Virus record (IMG/VR): IMGVR_UViG_3300025087_000641 | Span: 32,001-96,000 of that record | Source of the DNA: a virus | DNA: 64,000 nt | Reading direction: 5' to 3' (one strand) | Shown here: one piece after another, positions 47,363 through 57,229 of the stretch | How the letters are laid out: every line of letters starts with the position of its first letter | How positions within the stretch are numbered: position 1 is the stretch's first letter | Program-made: the position numbers and the translations under genes | Notes under the pieces: generated by a model | Seen by the model: the letters and a program-made list of their open reading frames with translations, nothing else | What the model was told of the DNA's origin: nothing | Databases searched by the model: none

Positions 47363-47788
47363 CTACCCACCGAGAACGTCAGAGAAGACAGTCGTATTGC
47401 CATTCTGTCCAATTGGGACGTTGCGCCCGTCTTTCAGAACAACCTCGATTGCCGTTGCGCCGGTAGACCCGCCGTTGCTGTTGTTGTACGAGATCATGTA
47501 CCAGCACGCGCTAGAGTCTAGAGTCCATGAGCGCACACGAGTCCCCTTGAGAACTAGGTTATTGTAGGAAATGGATGCGCCGAAACTAGAGAACGTACCA
47601 TCGCTTGTCCCACTACGCAACATCTCCACGATAAAGCCAGCAGCACTTGGCGCACTAGAACCAATCACAATCAGTTCGCCAGTTTCAAAACCGGCAAAGT
47701 TAGATGCGCCAGTTGACCCAGCGTAGTTGACGTTTGTGGGACTAAGCGCGTTGATATACTGAATTACAGAACCATTGCCACCGCGCAT
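47363..47788 (-). CDS. Putative capsid decoration/cement protein (paralog 1)
   Basis: Directly after the major capsid gene; AGGAG RBS; paralogous to the next gene. Confidence 0.75.
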   Translation of the reverse strand: MRGGNGSVIQYINALSPTNVNYAGSTGASNFAGFETGELIVIGSSAPSAAGFIVEMLRSGTSDGTFSSFGASISYNNLVLKGTRVRSWTLDSSACWYMISYNNSNGGSTGATAIEVVLKDGRNVPIGQNGNTTVFSDVLGG

Positions 47789-47803
47789 TTTCTTTTACTC
47801 CTG

Positions 47804-47829
47804 GGGGAGGGCTAGAAATAGCCCTCCCC
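47804..47829. other. Strong hairpin after the major capsid gene
   Basis: GGGGAGGGCTA-GAAA-TAGCCCTCCCC; no U tract. Confidence 0.7.
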
Positions 47830-47856
47830 ATCGGTTTCGTTAGTTATTTTCCACTA

Positions 47857-49344
47857 TTACGCGGAAATTTGGAGTGCGGCGAATGCCCACGGAGCGATAA
47901 CCTGTCCACCCAACCGACGCCGAGCAAACAGAGCCACTTGGTTCTGTCCAGTAGTCGTGGTGTCCTCCACACGCTTCACGGTCATACCCACACGGTCAAC
48001 GATGATATATCCATCCCGCCAACTGCCAAAGATGTCCACATACGCATTGGCCGCGATAGCATCCATGTTCTCGGACTCGAAAGCCGCATATCCGAGAAGA
48101 CTCTGGGGTTGGCCTGCTGTCAATCCAGCCGCCCAGATATACCGACCATCGCCATCCTTCAACTTGCGAGTATCCCGAAGAGTCGTGCGCGCCAGAACGT
48201 GAACAGCATTGGCGCGATACTGTGCGGGCAAGGAGTACACAAGGTCAATGAACCCGTCAGCCGTCACCGCAGAGGCATTACCACTATTCACATCAGTTAC
48301 GCCGGTAACAGGGGAGTTCTGCGCGCCGTTAGCACGATCACCCAACACACCGTAAGGCCGCCCAGCCCCAGTGCCAGTGAGAAATTGAGCATCCTCATCA
48401 ACTGCCATCGCCTCAGCAAACAACCCACTCATAATTTCAAGCAGATTGAACGCAGAGTCTTCAAGCAGGTTCTGGGAGAGGTTAGTGCGGGCCATCACCG
48501 TATGCACGGGGATTCGCTTCATGCCAAAGGTCGGGTTGGTTTCAGCAACCGAGGCATTGGCAGGGGTTTCGTCAACCCACGTCACACGCACAGCCGAGGT
48601 GTAGACATTGTTCCCGCCTTCCAGAGTCGGCCACTCAACGGCATCCCGCGTGGTCGTCACAACACGCGCACGCCCGCGAACCACCGTCACACCCATCAAC
48701 CGCTTGATGATTTCAGTGCGATAGTCCTCTGGCACAAGGAACCCGCCGAGGTCGTTGGAGGCCTCTTCAAGAGTAGCCTTGATTTCGCCAACAGTGCGCC
48801 CAGCATCAATTTCCGCCTTAATCATATCGGGGCGGAGAATGATATTCTTCGCAGAGGCGTGCAATAGCGCCGACTCGGTCGCACTCAGGCGATTCTCGCC
48901 AAAGCGAACATACTTCACAAACGCACCCATCTGATCGTGGCGTGCTTGATTGTAGTTGAACTTCGAGCCGTAGAGGTCGCTGATAACCGCTTTCGTGGCT
49001 GCATCAGTTTCGCCATACTTGAGGGTCACAAACGATTTCAGACCATCACCCTCGCCCTCGGCATTAGTTCCGTCCTCGAAAGGGGGACGAACAGGCTCTT
49101 TCGCCTTCGCCTCAAGTTCTGCGTTCTTCTTCTCAAGGTCTGCAACTTTGGTTTCCTGCGCGGTCTTCTCTTCGTCCGCACGGGCTTCAATTTGCGCCTT
49201 GAGGGTTTCGGCTTGCACCTTCAATTTCTTGGCCTCTTCCTGCTTGGCCTTAGCCTCATCGAACTTGCTTTCACCGATGAGTTTTTCCGCATCGTCCAAG
49301 AGCGCCTTAATGGATGCGCGGAGAGCTTCGAGTTTTTCCTTCAT
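47857..49344 (-). CDS. Major capsid protein, HK97 fold with delta domain
   Basis: Coiled-coil N-terminus, GGFLVPED, SQNLLEDSAF, FLTGTGAGRPYG, LKDGDGRYIW, RRLGG. Confidence 0.95.
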   Translation of the reverse strand: MKEKLEALRASIKALLDDAEKLIGESKFDEAKAKQEEAKKLKVQAETLKAQIEARADEEKTAQETKVADLEKKNAELEAKAKEPVRPPFEDGTNAEGEGDGLKSFVTLKYGETDAATKAVISDLYGSKFNYNQARHDQMGAFVKYVRFGENRLSATESALLHASAKNIILRPDMIKAEIDAGRTVGEIKATLEEASNDLGGFLVPEDYRTEIIKRLMGVTVVRGRARVVTTTRDAVEWPTLEGGNNVYTSAVRVTWVDETPANASVAETNPTFGMKRIPVHTVMARTNLSQNLLEDSAFNLLEIMSGLFAEAMAVDEDAQFLTGTGAGRPYGVLGDRANGAQNSPVTGVTDVNSGNASAVTADGFIDLVYSLPAQYRANAVHVLARTTLRDTRKLKDGDGRYIWAAGLTAGQPQSLLGYAAFESENMDAIAANAYVDIFGSWRDGYIIVDRVGMTVKRVEDTTTTGQNQVALFARRRLGGQVIAPWAFAALQISA

Positions 49345-49360
49345 TTTCTCACTCCCTGAT

Positions 49361-50713
49361 TTAGACTAATTCCATTTCCAGTCTGGTTTGTTCGACTTCC
49401 GCTAAGAGTCGGGCTTTCTCGGCCCCTTGACCCACATCGGTGTCTTGGACGCCAAACTTCTTTAACACACACTCAAAGTCGGTACACCCGACTTCTTGAT
49501 ACGCTGTTTTTAGAACATTCACAGATTGCAACCTGTGTTCAGCAGGTGTCACCGTGCCAGTTATCTCAACTACCGGCCAGCGTGCTATCCTTCCGTTGTC
49601 CTCAACCCTGCGAGACACTGGGAAGGTTTGCGTTGATGTCTTGAGGCGCTTTTCGGCTATGAGTTTCTTGACGCCACCCTCAACGAGTTTCTTGACATGC
49701 TCGGCATAATCTTTGGCCTTTTTCAGTTGAACTTCATACCACAGTCCAACATCATCCTTGACTAATGTATCTACTATGCCAACCACGGTCGTCTTGATAG
49801 TCTCATCTAGGCCATGATGATAAAGATATGGCAACTTGCCTACCGCATCAAAGATTGTGGTCAATTCCTCTGTGTCTTTATCAAAAAATTCACCCGTGAG
49901 GTCTTTTCTGCTTTCATCTCCCCACAGAACTGCATACCCGCCGATTCTGTCCTCGCCTAAAGCCTTGACAGACAAATCAATGTCTTTGTTCATCATTTCG
50001 TGATACACCTCCATGTCTGCATCGTCCCCCATATCCTCGGGTGGCGTATCATCTGGGATGTATTCAATCTTGACTTTATTGGGTTCGCCTAAAGTAATCT
50101 CGTATGTCTCGGCATCAATGCTGTATGAAACCTGATAGAGTCCTACTGGTGCTTTGATAATGGCAAAGTCAACAAATACATCTATCGGACAATAGGGCAT
50201 GTCATATTCGTCATCTGCCCCAGTTGCTTCCATCATCTTGTCCTTGACAGACTGACGAACTTTTTGCTCTAGGTCAAAGAGTGAGATGGTTTTCTTTGCG
50301 CCCTCTTTGCTTTCCGGCCATTTCAAGCCTGCCTTTTTATAAAGGCGTTTCAGTTTTGAAAGAGCCTCCTCTTTCCCCGGCCCCGCATATTTGTTTCCAC
50401 GATACCCAACCGTCAATGCGGCATGGGCAGCCCCGAGGAGGCGGGGGGAGAGTTTTCCATCTTTGTAAACTGGTAAGTGCTGTTTGCCATCTTCCTCAAC
50501 TACAAGGAATTCTCTGTCTGGACGCTTTGTTGCCTTTATCTCTTCGCCAAAAAATTCAAAGGACTTGCCCTCTGCGGAATACAAAGCACGCATTTGGGCC
50601 ATAGCCTTATCATGCGTAGGGTGGCATCCGTGGGACTTTCCCATCGGCTTACCATCATCCCCTTCTTTGTACACGCAATATTCTTTGTCTTTCTTGGCTA
50701 TGATGTATGGCAA
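49361..50713 (-). CDS. Prohead protease with long N-terminal extension
   Basis: IGGYAVLWG..DLTGEFF, LYHHG, DDVGLWYE, WPVVEITGTVTPAE. TTG start assumed; the ORF track extends to 50767. Confidence 0.85.
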   Translation of the reverse strand: MPYIIAKKDKEYCVYKEGDDGKPMGKSHGCHPTHDKAMAQMRALYSAEGKSFEFFGEEIKATKRPDREFLVVEEDGKQHLPVYKDGKLSPRLLGAAHAALTVGYRGNKYAGPGKEEALSKLKRLYKKAGLKWPESKEGAKKTISLFDLEQKVRQSVKDKMMEATGADDEYDMPYCPIDVFVDFAIIKAPVGLYQVSYSIDAETYEITLGEPNKVKIEYIPDDTPPEDMGDDADMEVYHEMMNKDIDLSVKALGEDRIGGYAVLWGDESRKDLTGEFFDKDTEELTTIFDAVGKLPYLYHHGLDETIKTTVVGIVDTLVKDDVGLWYEVQLKKAKDYAEHVKKLVEGGVKKLIAEKRLKTSTQTFPVSRRVEDNGRIARWPVVEITGTVTPAEHRLQSVNVLKTAYQEVGCTDFECVLKKFGVQDTDVGQGAEKARLLAEVEQTRLEMELV

Positions 50714-50734
50714 CTTTGTATTCCGAGTTAAATG

Positions 50735-50775
50735 AAAACGCCCCACACTGATGCCGATGGCATACAATTGGGGCG
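50735..50775 (-). terminator. Terminator-like hairpin in the protease leader
   Basis: CGCCCCA...TGGGGCG followed by TTTT on the minus strand. Confidence 0.55.
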
Positions 50776-50819
50776 CGAACGAATGTCGCAGGTTATTCGG
50801 TTATGTCAATCAACTTACG

Positions 50820-50847
50820 ACTTTATCACATATTTCCTGTTTGTCAA
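50820..50847 (-). promoter_or_regulatory. Sigma70-type promoter upstream of protease/capsid genes
   Basis: TTGACA-N16-TAAAGT with TG extension. Confidence 0.6.
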
Positions 50848-50921
50848 GGGGAGGATGCCACCACAAATTACTTGCACTTATTGGAATGTGCAGTTATTTT
50901 GTTACATGGGTAATGCGAGGT

Positions 50922-50939
50922 ATTAGTCAAATTTGTACA
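50922..50939 (+). promoter_or_regulatory. Repeated motif ATTAGTCAAATTTGTACA (copy 2)
   Basis: 18/18 identical to the reverse complement of 60501-60518. Confidence 0.6.
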
Positions 50940-50970
50940 GTATGTCTCGGAAAGATAATTAGCGAAATCG

Positions 50971-51216
50971 CTAATTTAGTTTTCTCTTTATCTTGCCTCG
51001 TGCCTGTTTGTCTATGTTAATCCCACTTTGTTCTGCTGTTCTTGCGCGATTCCACCCCTGTTCTGCAAACTCCTCCAATTTCACAATTTCAAGGAGTTCT
51101 GCATAATCCTCTCCGTTAGGCTTGCCCTTATAAATCTCTTCCCACTCATCATCAACCCGCTTAAGTTCGTCTCTCCAGCGATGCATGTTCATTGTTGTGC
51201 CTCTTTCACAAATCAA
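50971..51216 (-). CDS. Hypothetical protein
   Basis: Operon context; start uncertain. Confidence 0.5.
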   Translation of the reverse strand: MICERGTTMNMHRWRDELKRVDDEWEEIYKGKPNGEDYAELLEIVKLEEFAEQGWNRARTAEQSGINIDKQARGKIKRKLN

Positions 51217-51427
51217 GATTGTTGTTATTCATATCTAATTCAACCGGCGGTAACACGTCAATATATACAACTCCAATGTGCTTTGCTAAACGTCCGGTTT
51301 GTATATTTCTATACAATATTCTGGTTCCATCACATCTTCTGCAAGTGCCATAATAATCCCATGCCCATTCCATCCCGGAAGAACACCAGCAAAATACTGT
51401 TTCCCAATTCTTATTCTCTTCTTCCAC
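51206..51427 (-). CDS. Hypothetical Cys-containing protein
   Basis: CWCSSG..CRRCDG. Confidence 0.55.
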   Translation of the reverse strand: MEEENKNWETVFCWCSSGMEWAWDYYGTCRRCDGTRILYRNIQTGRLAKHIGVVYIDVLPPVELDMNNNNLDL

Positions 51428-51429
51428 GC

Positions 51430-52338
51430 TTATGCCTCTTTCACAAAATAGTATTTCCCGTTGAATGGATCACGCATTCTGCGAACATACTTGTCTGCCA
51501 TGTATTCATCTATCGCCTTACGTGCTCCCGGAAAATAATAATTCTCGAAACTATTTGCATATTCGTCAACGGCTATTACGCCACCAGCTGAAACTTTCGG
51601 ATAGAATGCCTCAAGGCACAATTTGTAACTATCATGTAGATCACAGTCTAAATGGAGTAGTGCAATCTTGTCTCCCGTATAGAGTCCGAGACATTTATCA
51701 AACCACCCCTGAATGAGTGTAACATGAGTAGCCATCCATGCCTTTGGAATACCGAACCAGCCGAATGTATCTCGTAACATCCTTAGTGGACTCACACCCA
51801 TTCTTTCTTCGGAATAGGTGTCGCCCTTGACAGTTGCACGAGGGCTATCATCCTCTTTTGTTGGTGCAGGCCATCCCTCAAAAGAATCAATTCCCCAGAG
51901 TCGCCTAGTGGGTTGCTCAACGCTAGTAATAGCAGATATATGGAGTAATGATTCGCCCCATCCGACGCCACATTCAACTATATCGCCCTCAATGTCTTTG
52001 ACCGAATTCATGAGTCTGTGGAAGTACATAAACTTTGTCGTTGGCACAAATCCGAGAAGGGGAGCGATTGAAATTGCGTGTAATTGTTCCCACTTCTCAA
52101 CGGGCCTTGATTCATAATTCCGAATCTTATCGCCAAGCGTGTCAAGCAAGGCATATCCAATCTTGAGAATGACTGGATATGACAATTTGTATGCCATCTC
52201 ATCAAAAATCTCAAATTTCTCGGCACACTTCTTCCCGAATTCACCGAATAGTTTTGGCTCCTCACCACAAACGACACATCGGTTTGCATCTTCAGTGAGT
52301 ACGGGAGACCTAATGTCAACGCTTTTCCACCCGTTCAT
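51430..52338 (-). CDS. TylF/MycF-family O-methyltransferase (second copy)
   Basis: GDIVECGV, DSFEG, LHLDCDLHDS, GGVIAVDEY, GARKAIDE. Confidence 0.9.
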   Translation of the reverse strand: MNGWKSVDIRSPVLTEDANRCVVCGEEPKLFGEFGKKCAEKFEIFDEMAYKLSYPVILKIGYALLDTLGDKIRNYESRPVEKWEQLHAISIAPLLGFVPTTKFMYFHRLMNSVKDIEGDIVECGVGWGESLLHISAITSVEQPTRRLWGIDSFEGWPAPTKEDDSPRATVKGDTYSEERMGVSPLRMLRDTFGWFGIPKAWMATHVTLIQGWFDKCLGLYTGDKIALLHLDCDLHDSYKLCLEAFYPKVSAGGVIAVDEYANSFENYYFPGARKAIDEYMADKYVRRMRDPFNGKYYFVKEA

Positions 52339-52358
52339 ATTCTCGGTTTCTTCGGGAA

Positions 52359-53678
52359 TTACAATGGCAATCTTTCTGGCAAGTCAGCATAAATCCATCT
52401 TGACTTATCATAGAATGCCTCGTATTCCTCCACCAATCCACCCGCCCGGCATTTGGTCTTGAGATAATGCTGTCTTTCTGGCACATCGGAAATACGAGTC
52501 TGGAATGATTGGTCTGCCGAATGTCTTACCGCGCCACTCCCGTATGGGCCAGGAACAATATGGCGAGGATTCTTCTGGTATGCCATCGCCTCAGCATTGC
52601 TCATCTGGAAATTGCCATGCAGACTCTTCTTTGTGGTATGTGCCATTTCCTCGCAGTCTGCCGAGAATGCGCCGAGGGCATACTTCAAATCCCTCTTGGA
52701 GTCCATGTCCTCTGGGCCAATATAGTCAATAATCAATAGGTCAGGGTCGTCCCACGAAATCACATTCCGTATCTGATTGAAATATTTCCAACTGTAGACT
52801 CTCCCATAAGCATCTAACGCCTCAACCCACCCCTGATAGATGAATTGGCGAACTTTCTCATCGTGCCATGCGCCAATAGCATTTCCAGTGGAATCGTAGA
52901 TGGTAATTGGACTTCCATGTTCATCTAGCATTGCTGGTTGCGCCCTACAGACTCCAGAATTGACCTCGTTGAGTGTTAAATGAGTCAATCCAAGCAAGAG
53001 TCGTGAGGCAACTTGCTGTTGATTCTCCTTTGAGATAAATGTCACTCGGTGCTGTTGCTCTACAGCATCACAGCCAAGAGAATATCCCGTCGTCGTCTTG
53101 CCGCGCCCCGACTCCCCAATCCAGACAGTCCACCATCCCGCCCGATGTCCGCCACCGTCTCCAGCATTGCCCTCGGTCATCTTATTGAAGAATTTTAGTT
53201 TGCTTCTGAAAAGAACAGGTGGAACTATTGGCCCGCGATGGGCGGATGGGCGAGGATCATATGCCTTTGCGTGAATGGTGAGTGATTGCAACCTCTGTGC
53301 GAATACTGGCAACCACTGCGAGATTTCTTTATCTTTGTCGCTACGCAACTCCAATGCACGTCTTACAAGTTTGTCAACCTCGCCTTGAAGATAATGGTCA
53401 CGAACTCTTTTGACTACATCCTCTGGTGGAACATCTCCTGTCCCATTTAAACTAAAAATGGACTTGACAGATTCGGAATCCTGTAATTTCCCAGATGCTC
53501 TCACCATCAGCGCCAAGAGATTGATTTTTTTCTTCTCTCTCAGCAACCCAACTGCGGCATCGTAAAGCACTCGCGCATCATTGTCTGGAATACCATCCGA
53601 CTTCAATCCGAGATGCAATAGAGTCTCGGTATAGTTGTGCGATATGCTCGTGATGACCGCCTTGCTGATGTCGTCCAT
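52359..53678 (-). CDS. DnaB-like (RecA-fold) helicase/ATPase
   Basis: Walker A GESGRGKTT, FISKE, Walker B LLIIDY, FQMS, GSGAVRHSAD, KCRAG. Confidence 0.8.
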   Translation of the reverse strand: MDDISKAVITSISHNYTETLLHLGLKSDGIPDNDARVLYDAAVGLLREKKKINLLALMVRASGKLQDSESVKSIFSLNGTGDVPPEDVVKRVRDHYLQGEVDKLVRRALELRSDKDKEISQWLPVFAQRLQSLTIHAKAYDPRPSAHRGPIVPPVLFRSKLKFFNKMTEGNAGDGGGHRAGWWTVWIGESGRGKTTTGYSLGCDAVEQQHRVTFISKENQQQVASRLLLGLTHLTLNEVNSGVCRAQPAMLDEHGSPITIYDSTGNAIGAWHDEKVRQFIYQGWVEALDAYGRVYSWKYFNQIRNVISWDDPDLLIIDYIGPEDMDSKRDLKYALGAFSADCEEMAHTTKKSLHGNFQMSNAEAMAYQKNPRHIVPGPYGSGAVRHSADQSFQTRISDVPERQHYLKTKCRAGGLVEEYEAFYDKSRWIYADLPERLPL

Positions 53679-53680
53679 AT

Positions 53681-54112
53681 TTAGAATTCCATTTGTTGAA
53701 TGACTTTCGCGGGGACTGTTGGAACGACAACCATTGTAACAGGTTCTTCTGGATATGCAACCCGTCCCGTGTCTTTTTCCCATTCTTTAACCTCCGCGAG
53801 GTTCCAATGTGGCGGAGGTGTGTTCAGATAACTCAGATATTGTTCATAATACGGCGGATGTCCCCACATGACAACGTACATTGACTCTACTTTTCCACCG
53901 GAATAGTCAAATTTGCACAAACGTAGTGCTTGGATTGTCGCCCAAACAATATCTGGGTCTAGTGGCTTGTCGCCGTTCTTTGGATTACAGAGTCTTTTTG
54001 CTTCTGCGGCATAGCGACGAAAAAGGCGTTGGTCACTGAAATCGGAATGGCCCAACACCTCCGTATAGAATCTTAGTGCAAGTCTAGTTACTGGCCCTAC
54101 TTTGCGAGGCAT
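53681..54112 (-). CDS. Hypothetical protein (possible helicase partner)
   Basis: Ends 2 nt before the helicase start. Confidence 0.6.
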   Translation of the reverse strand: MPRKVGPVTRLALRFYTEVLGHSDFSDQRLFRRYAAEAKRLCNPKNGDKPLDPDIVWATIQALRLCKFDYSGGKVESMYVVMWGHPPYYEQYLSYLNTPPPHWNLAEVKEWEKDTGRVAYPEEPVTMVVVPTVPAKVIQQMEF

Positions 54113-54270
54113 ATTACATCTTTATCTAATCTGGTTGAAAGGATATTGAGAATGGACGAAATGTTACAAGCCACCAGCCAAGCCAAATATATTTGCAAAT
54201 CTCATTCATTCCCCAATGAAAGTACAGGGGGACTGTCCACCAATAATTATGGGTGATTTTCATTGATATA

Positions 54271-54468
54271 TTAGTCCTCATCCTTCCAGAACGGAAGATT
54301 CGGGTCGTACCATTCATCCCCTATAGAATTGTACTTCTTTGGAACAGTTACACCTATGTCCCAATGTTCTATGGGAGTCTTTGGCTTGCTGTTTGAGATG
54401 CGACGACTTATAGTTTCATCCCATACAATCGCCACAACAACACATACAAGAAGGAGCCAGCCAATCAT
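54271..54468 (-). CDS. Small membrane protein
   Basis: N-terminal hydrophobic helix. Confidence 0.5.
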   Translation of the reverse strand: MIGWLLLVCVVVAIVWDETISRRISNSKPKTPIEHWDIGVTVPKKYNSIGDEWYDPNLPFWKDED

Positions 54469-54570
54469 GTCTGTTGCCTAAAATGTTCAGAAACAACAAT
54501 TTCCCCGCATTTGTATAACCCGTCCTTGCTATCAGATATTGCAACCAGTTTTGGCCTGTTGGTTGAATTG

Positions 54571-54771
54571 TTAATCTCTGTAAGTATAAGCATTCTTATC
54601 GCCCAATACTGTCTGTAATTGTGCCACTGCTAATTTTGCGCGTCTCAATTCGTTTATCAGAACATCTCGTTCTTTTGACTCTGGAATCTTGTCAACCTTT
54701 AGTAAGGCGCGGAAGATGTCTTGGCGTATCTTATTGGCAGTATCAATCTCGGCGCTTTTTGGCTTTGCCAT
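54571..54771 (-). CDS. Hypothetical protein
   Basis: Start taken at MAKPKSAE; helical. Confidence 0.55.
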   Translation of the reverse strand: MAKPKSAEIDTANKIRQDIFRALLKVDKIPESKERDVLINELRRAKLAVAQLQTVLGDKNAYTYRD

Positions 54772-55003
54772 TTTGTGTCTTTCTAATAACAAGAAGCCTA
54801 TTTCCGTTTTTACCAGCAACTCTAATCAATTCCCATTTACCAGTTCTTGCAAGTTGTTCTCCACGCCTTCTTGCCGTATTCCATCCACAATCCCATTGTG
54901 CCATCAACTGGCAAAGTGTAATGTCGCTTGACAACTGTGGTGGCAATACGTCCAAGTCGGCCCCCATCTCAGATATAATATCTTCAATGGTCAGTTCTGT
55001 CAT
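54743..55003 (-). CDS. Small putative winged-HTH protein
   Basis: ITLCQLMAQWDCGWNTARRR; coupled to the phosphoesterase gene. Confidence 0.55.
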   Translation of the reverse strand: MTELTIEDIISEMGADLDVLPPQLSSDITLCQLMAQWDCGWNTARRRGEQLARTGKWELIRVAGKNGNRLLVIRKTQNGKAKKRRD

Positions 55004-55857
55004 TTGAACTCAGCAACGGAACTCTGCGAAATTGGAAGTATCATAAACTCGAATCCCGTTACCTCTCCATCGTCAATGTCAACGATTAGTCCGCCAACAT
55101 CTGCGATGTCCTCATGGCTAACGACTCTGTGGGCATATTCCGTTTTCCATTGCCAGGCTGGAGTGATAAACGAATGGCAGGTATGTCCATAATCATTACA
55201 GGTTTCATGTACCTTGTGGTGAATGTGACTTCTAACCAGCACATCGGGCAGTTTTGTGTCTACACCCTTTCCCCTAGACACTAGGCCATCAAGTACAATC
55301 GTGCGTGTATATGACCTCAATTCGTTACCGTAAGTCCATATTCTCCTTCCAGAACTTGGGCCGTGATGGGCTATATTCATCTCCACGCCATAGACATTTA
55401 GCATGAGATGATACATGCTCCGAGTACCAACCATCTGTCCGTTAACCCTGTTGGATTTCAACTTCTGTGCTATTGATTCATCGCCTGTTCCAGATGGTTG
55501 AACATGGGCGGGTGTTCCCCTAACCACATAGGTCGCATTTGCTTTTTCTGTGTGCCTGACAAAAATATCTGTTGCGACTCTTGCTTGGTCAAATAGGGAT
55601 TTTGACCATATCTGATTTGTGGCATGATGGTCTCCGTCAATCAGGTCGCCATTGAAAACAAGAATTGTCTTTCTTGACTTCGCTCGCCGCCACACAGAGG
55701 GCCAGAATTCCCTTTCCCAGAATTTCCATGCCTCTTTCTGGAGTCTGTTTGGCGTATATTCTCCTCCGTCATCCAGATACACTACTGGAGGGCACAACCC
55801 AACCGTCGAACCTACATGATGGTCTGAGGTTACGACGACCTGCGCTGATTTTTTCAC
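55000..55857 (-). CDS. Calcineurin-like metallophosphoesterase
   Basis: SDHHVGS, NGDLIDG, VRGTPAH, AHHG, RSHIH, PAWQ. Confidence 0.88.
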   Translation of the reverse strand: MKKSAQVVVTSDHHVGSTVGLCPPVVYLDDGGEYTPNRLQKEAWKFWEREFWPSVWRRAKSRKTILVFNGDLIDGDHHATNQIWSKSLFDQARVATDIFVRHTEKANATYVVRGTPAHVQPSGTGDESIAQKLKSNRVNGQMVGTRSMYHLMLNVYGVEMNIAHHGPSSGRRIWTYGNELRSYTRTIVLDGLVSRGKGVDTKLPDVLVRSHIHHKVHETCNDYGHTCHSFITPAWQWKTEYAHRVVSHEDIADVGGLIVDIDDGEVTGFEFMILPISQSSVAEFK

Positions 55858-56130
55858 TTATAAAAGTTCCCGACCAGGTATCCTCATCAGCCCAAGTTCA
55901 TCCAATGATAGAACACTGGTATGGTACTGCTTATCGTGACGTTCCTCAACTACAAGACATTCCCCAATTACGGAGAAAATCTTTCTATGACAGTGTTTAC
56001 ATTCAACCCGACTACCCCCAGATGGGACTATGGTTGCCATATACCCGACTGTTTGAAACAACTTCTCCGCCAGAGAAGCAGCCCCCGACTCCTTCTGTGG
56101 CGGAGAGATGATAGATGCCGAAGATAGCAT
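55858..56130 (-). CDS. Small zinc-ribbon protein
   Basis: VECKHCHRKIF..RHDKQYH. Confidence 0.6.
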   Translation of the reverse strand: MLSSASIISPPQKESGAASLAEKLFQTVGYMATIVPSGGSRVECKHCHRKIFSVIGECLVVEERHDKQYHTSVLSLDELGLMRIPGRELL

Positions 56131-56342
56131 TATTGTCCTTTAGGCATAAATCGCTGTTGGATGACACTCCGTAATCTGACTTGCAATGCAGCGGCTTTTG
56201 CCTCTGGTACTTGCTCAAGATTGATGTCATTGTGCTCAAAAAGGTCAACAAGTGATTCTATCTCGGAATACGAGAGCGGTCTTTTCACAATCCACTTTAT
56301 TGCCGCCACAATTGCAAACAGAACATCTAATACGTCGCTCAT
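56130..56342 (-). CDS. Hypothetical protein
   Basis: Operon coupling; GGAG upstream. Confidence 0.55.
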   Translation of the reverse strand: MSDVLDVLFAIVAAIKWIVKRPLSYSEIESLVDLFEHNDINLEQVPEAKAAALQVRLRSVIQQRFMPKGQ

Positions 56343-56382
56343 TTTCTTGTATATTCTCCGTTAGGTCAATAGTTACAGGGTA

Positions 56383-56613
56383 CTAATGACATAATGTAAT
56401 GTCTGGTGTGTCTTTGTCTTCTGGTGTTATGACTTTCAATTCAATGTCTCCGGCGAATACAACGCCTTTTACGCCAAGCGGACGAAAGACTTCATCCAGT
56501 ATATGTTGCAACTCAAAAATTTCCATATGCGATACATCTTCTCTAACAATAACGGCAAGAACATCGCCATTCTTTAGCTGCAACTTATCTATTTCTATCT
56601 TTTCAATTTCCAT
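56383..56613 (-). CDS. Hypothetical protein
   Basis: Abuts the upstream stop; LQLKNGDVLAV. Confidence 0.6.
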   Translation of the reverse strand: MEIEKIEIDKLQLKNGDVLAVIVREDVSHMEIFELQHILDEVFRPLGVKGVVFAGDIELKVITPEDKDTPDITLCH

Positions 56614-57087
56614 TTAGAACCCCGCAATCCTTAGAACTTTCTCAACGCCACTTCTGAATATCTGGACTACTCCTTGCTCTACGTCATTCTTAATCCTTTC
56701 TATGTTGCGCCAATTACGCATTTTGTGGAACCATGTCTGCTTTACAACACCATGAACCCACGGCGCATAACTCGCCTTGTTCTCTACAACACCTTGAACG
56801 CCATCACCCCTTTCACTAACCATCCTATCCCACCGCAGATTCAGTTGTTCGCTTTCTCCGCGATTATACTTCTCATATTGAGTACCCCTGCCTCGGATGT
56901 AGTAGGGCGGAGGAGGAGCATTGGCTTCTGTTTCGTCAGGATAGACAGCCGCATTCGTCGCCACATATTTAGTGGCGTCGTGCATTCCTCCAAGCATAGC
57001 AGTTTTGCGAATCAAATCACCTGCCATTTTCAACCTCTTGGCGAGTTGGTCTGCCCCATCAATCTTGATGTCAATGACTACTGGCAT
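56614..57087 (-). CDS. HK97 gp10-like neck/tail-completion protein
   Basis: IKIDGADQLAKRL, VENKASYAPWVHG. Confidence 0.7.
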   Translation of the reverse strand: MPVVIDIKIDGADQLAKRLKMAGDLIRKTAMLGGMHDATKYVATNAAVYPDETEANAPPPPYYIRGRGTQYEKYNRGESEQLNLRWDRMVSERGDGVQGVVENKASYAPWVHGVVKQTWFHKMRNWRNIERIKNDVEQGVVQIFRSGVEKVLRIAGF

Positions 57088-57100
57088 GTTAATCTCTATG

Positions 57101-57229
57101 TTGCATAATATCACAATTTATTGTAAAATCAATGTGGGCTTGAGATGTCTTGCTAACATCTGACAAATCCGAAACCTGTATCGGAAGCCCCGTTATCCCC
57201 AACAGGCCATCATTAACAGGAATGGCGAA
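57101..57229 (+). promoter_or_regulatory. Promoter and structured leader of the Vsr-like nuclease
   Basis: TTGCAT-N17-TAAAAT; GGGCTT/AAGCCC stem enclosing two hairpins. Confidence 0.55.

Noticed and set aside
47869-48867. 332-aa + strand ORF
   Set aside because: Antisense shadow of the major capsid gene with no recognisable motifs.
53903-53920. Further copy of the TAGTCAAATTTG motif
   Set aside because: Imperfect and inside a coding region (LCKFDY), so probably coincidental.
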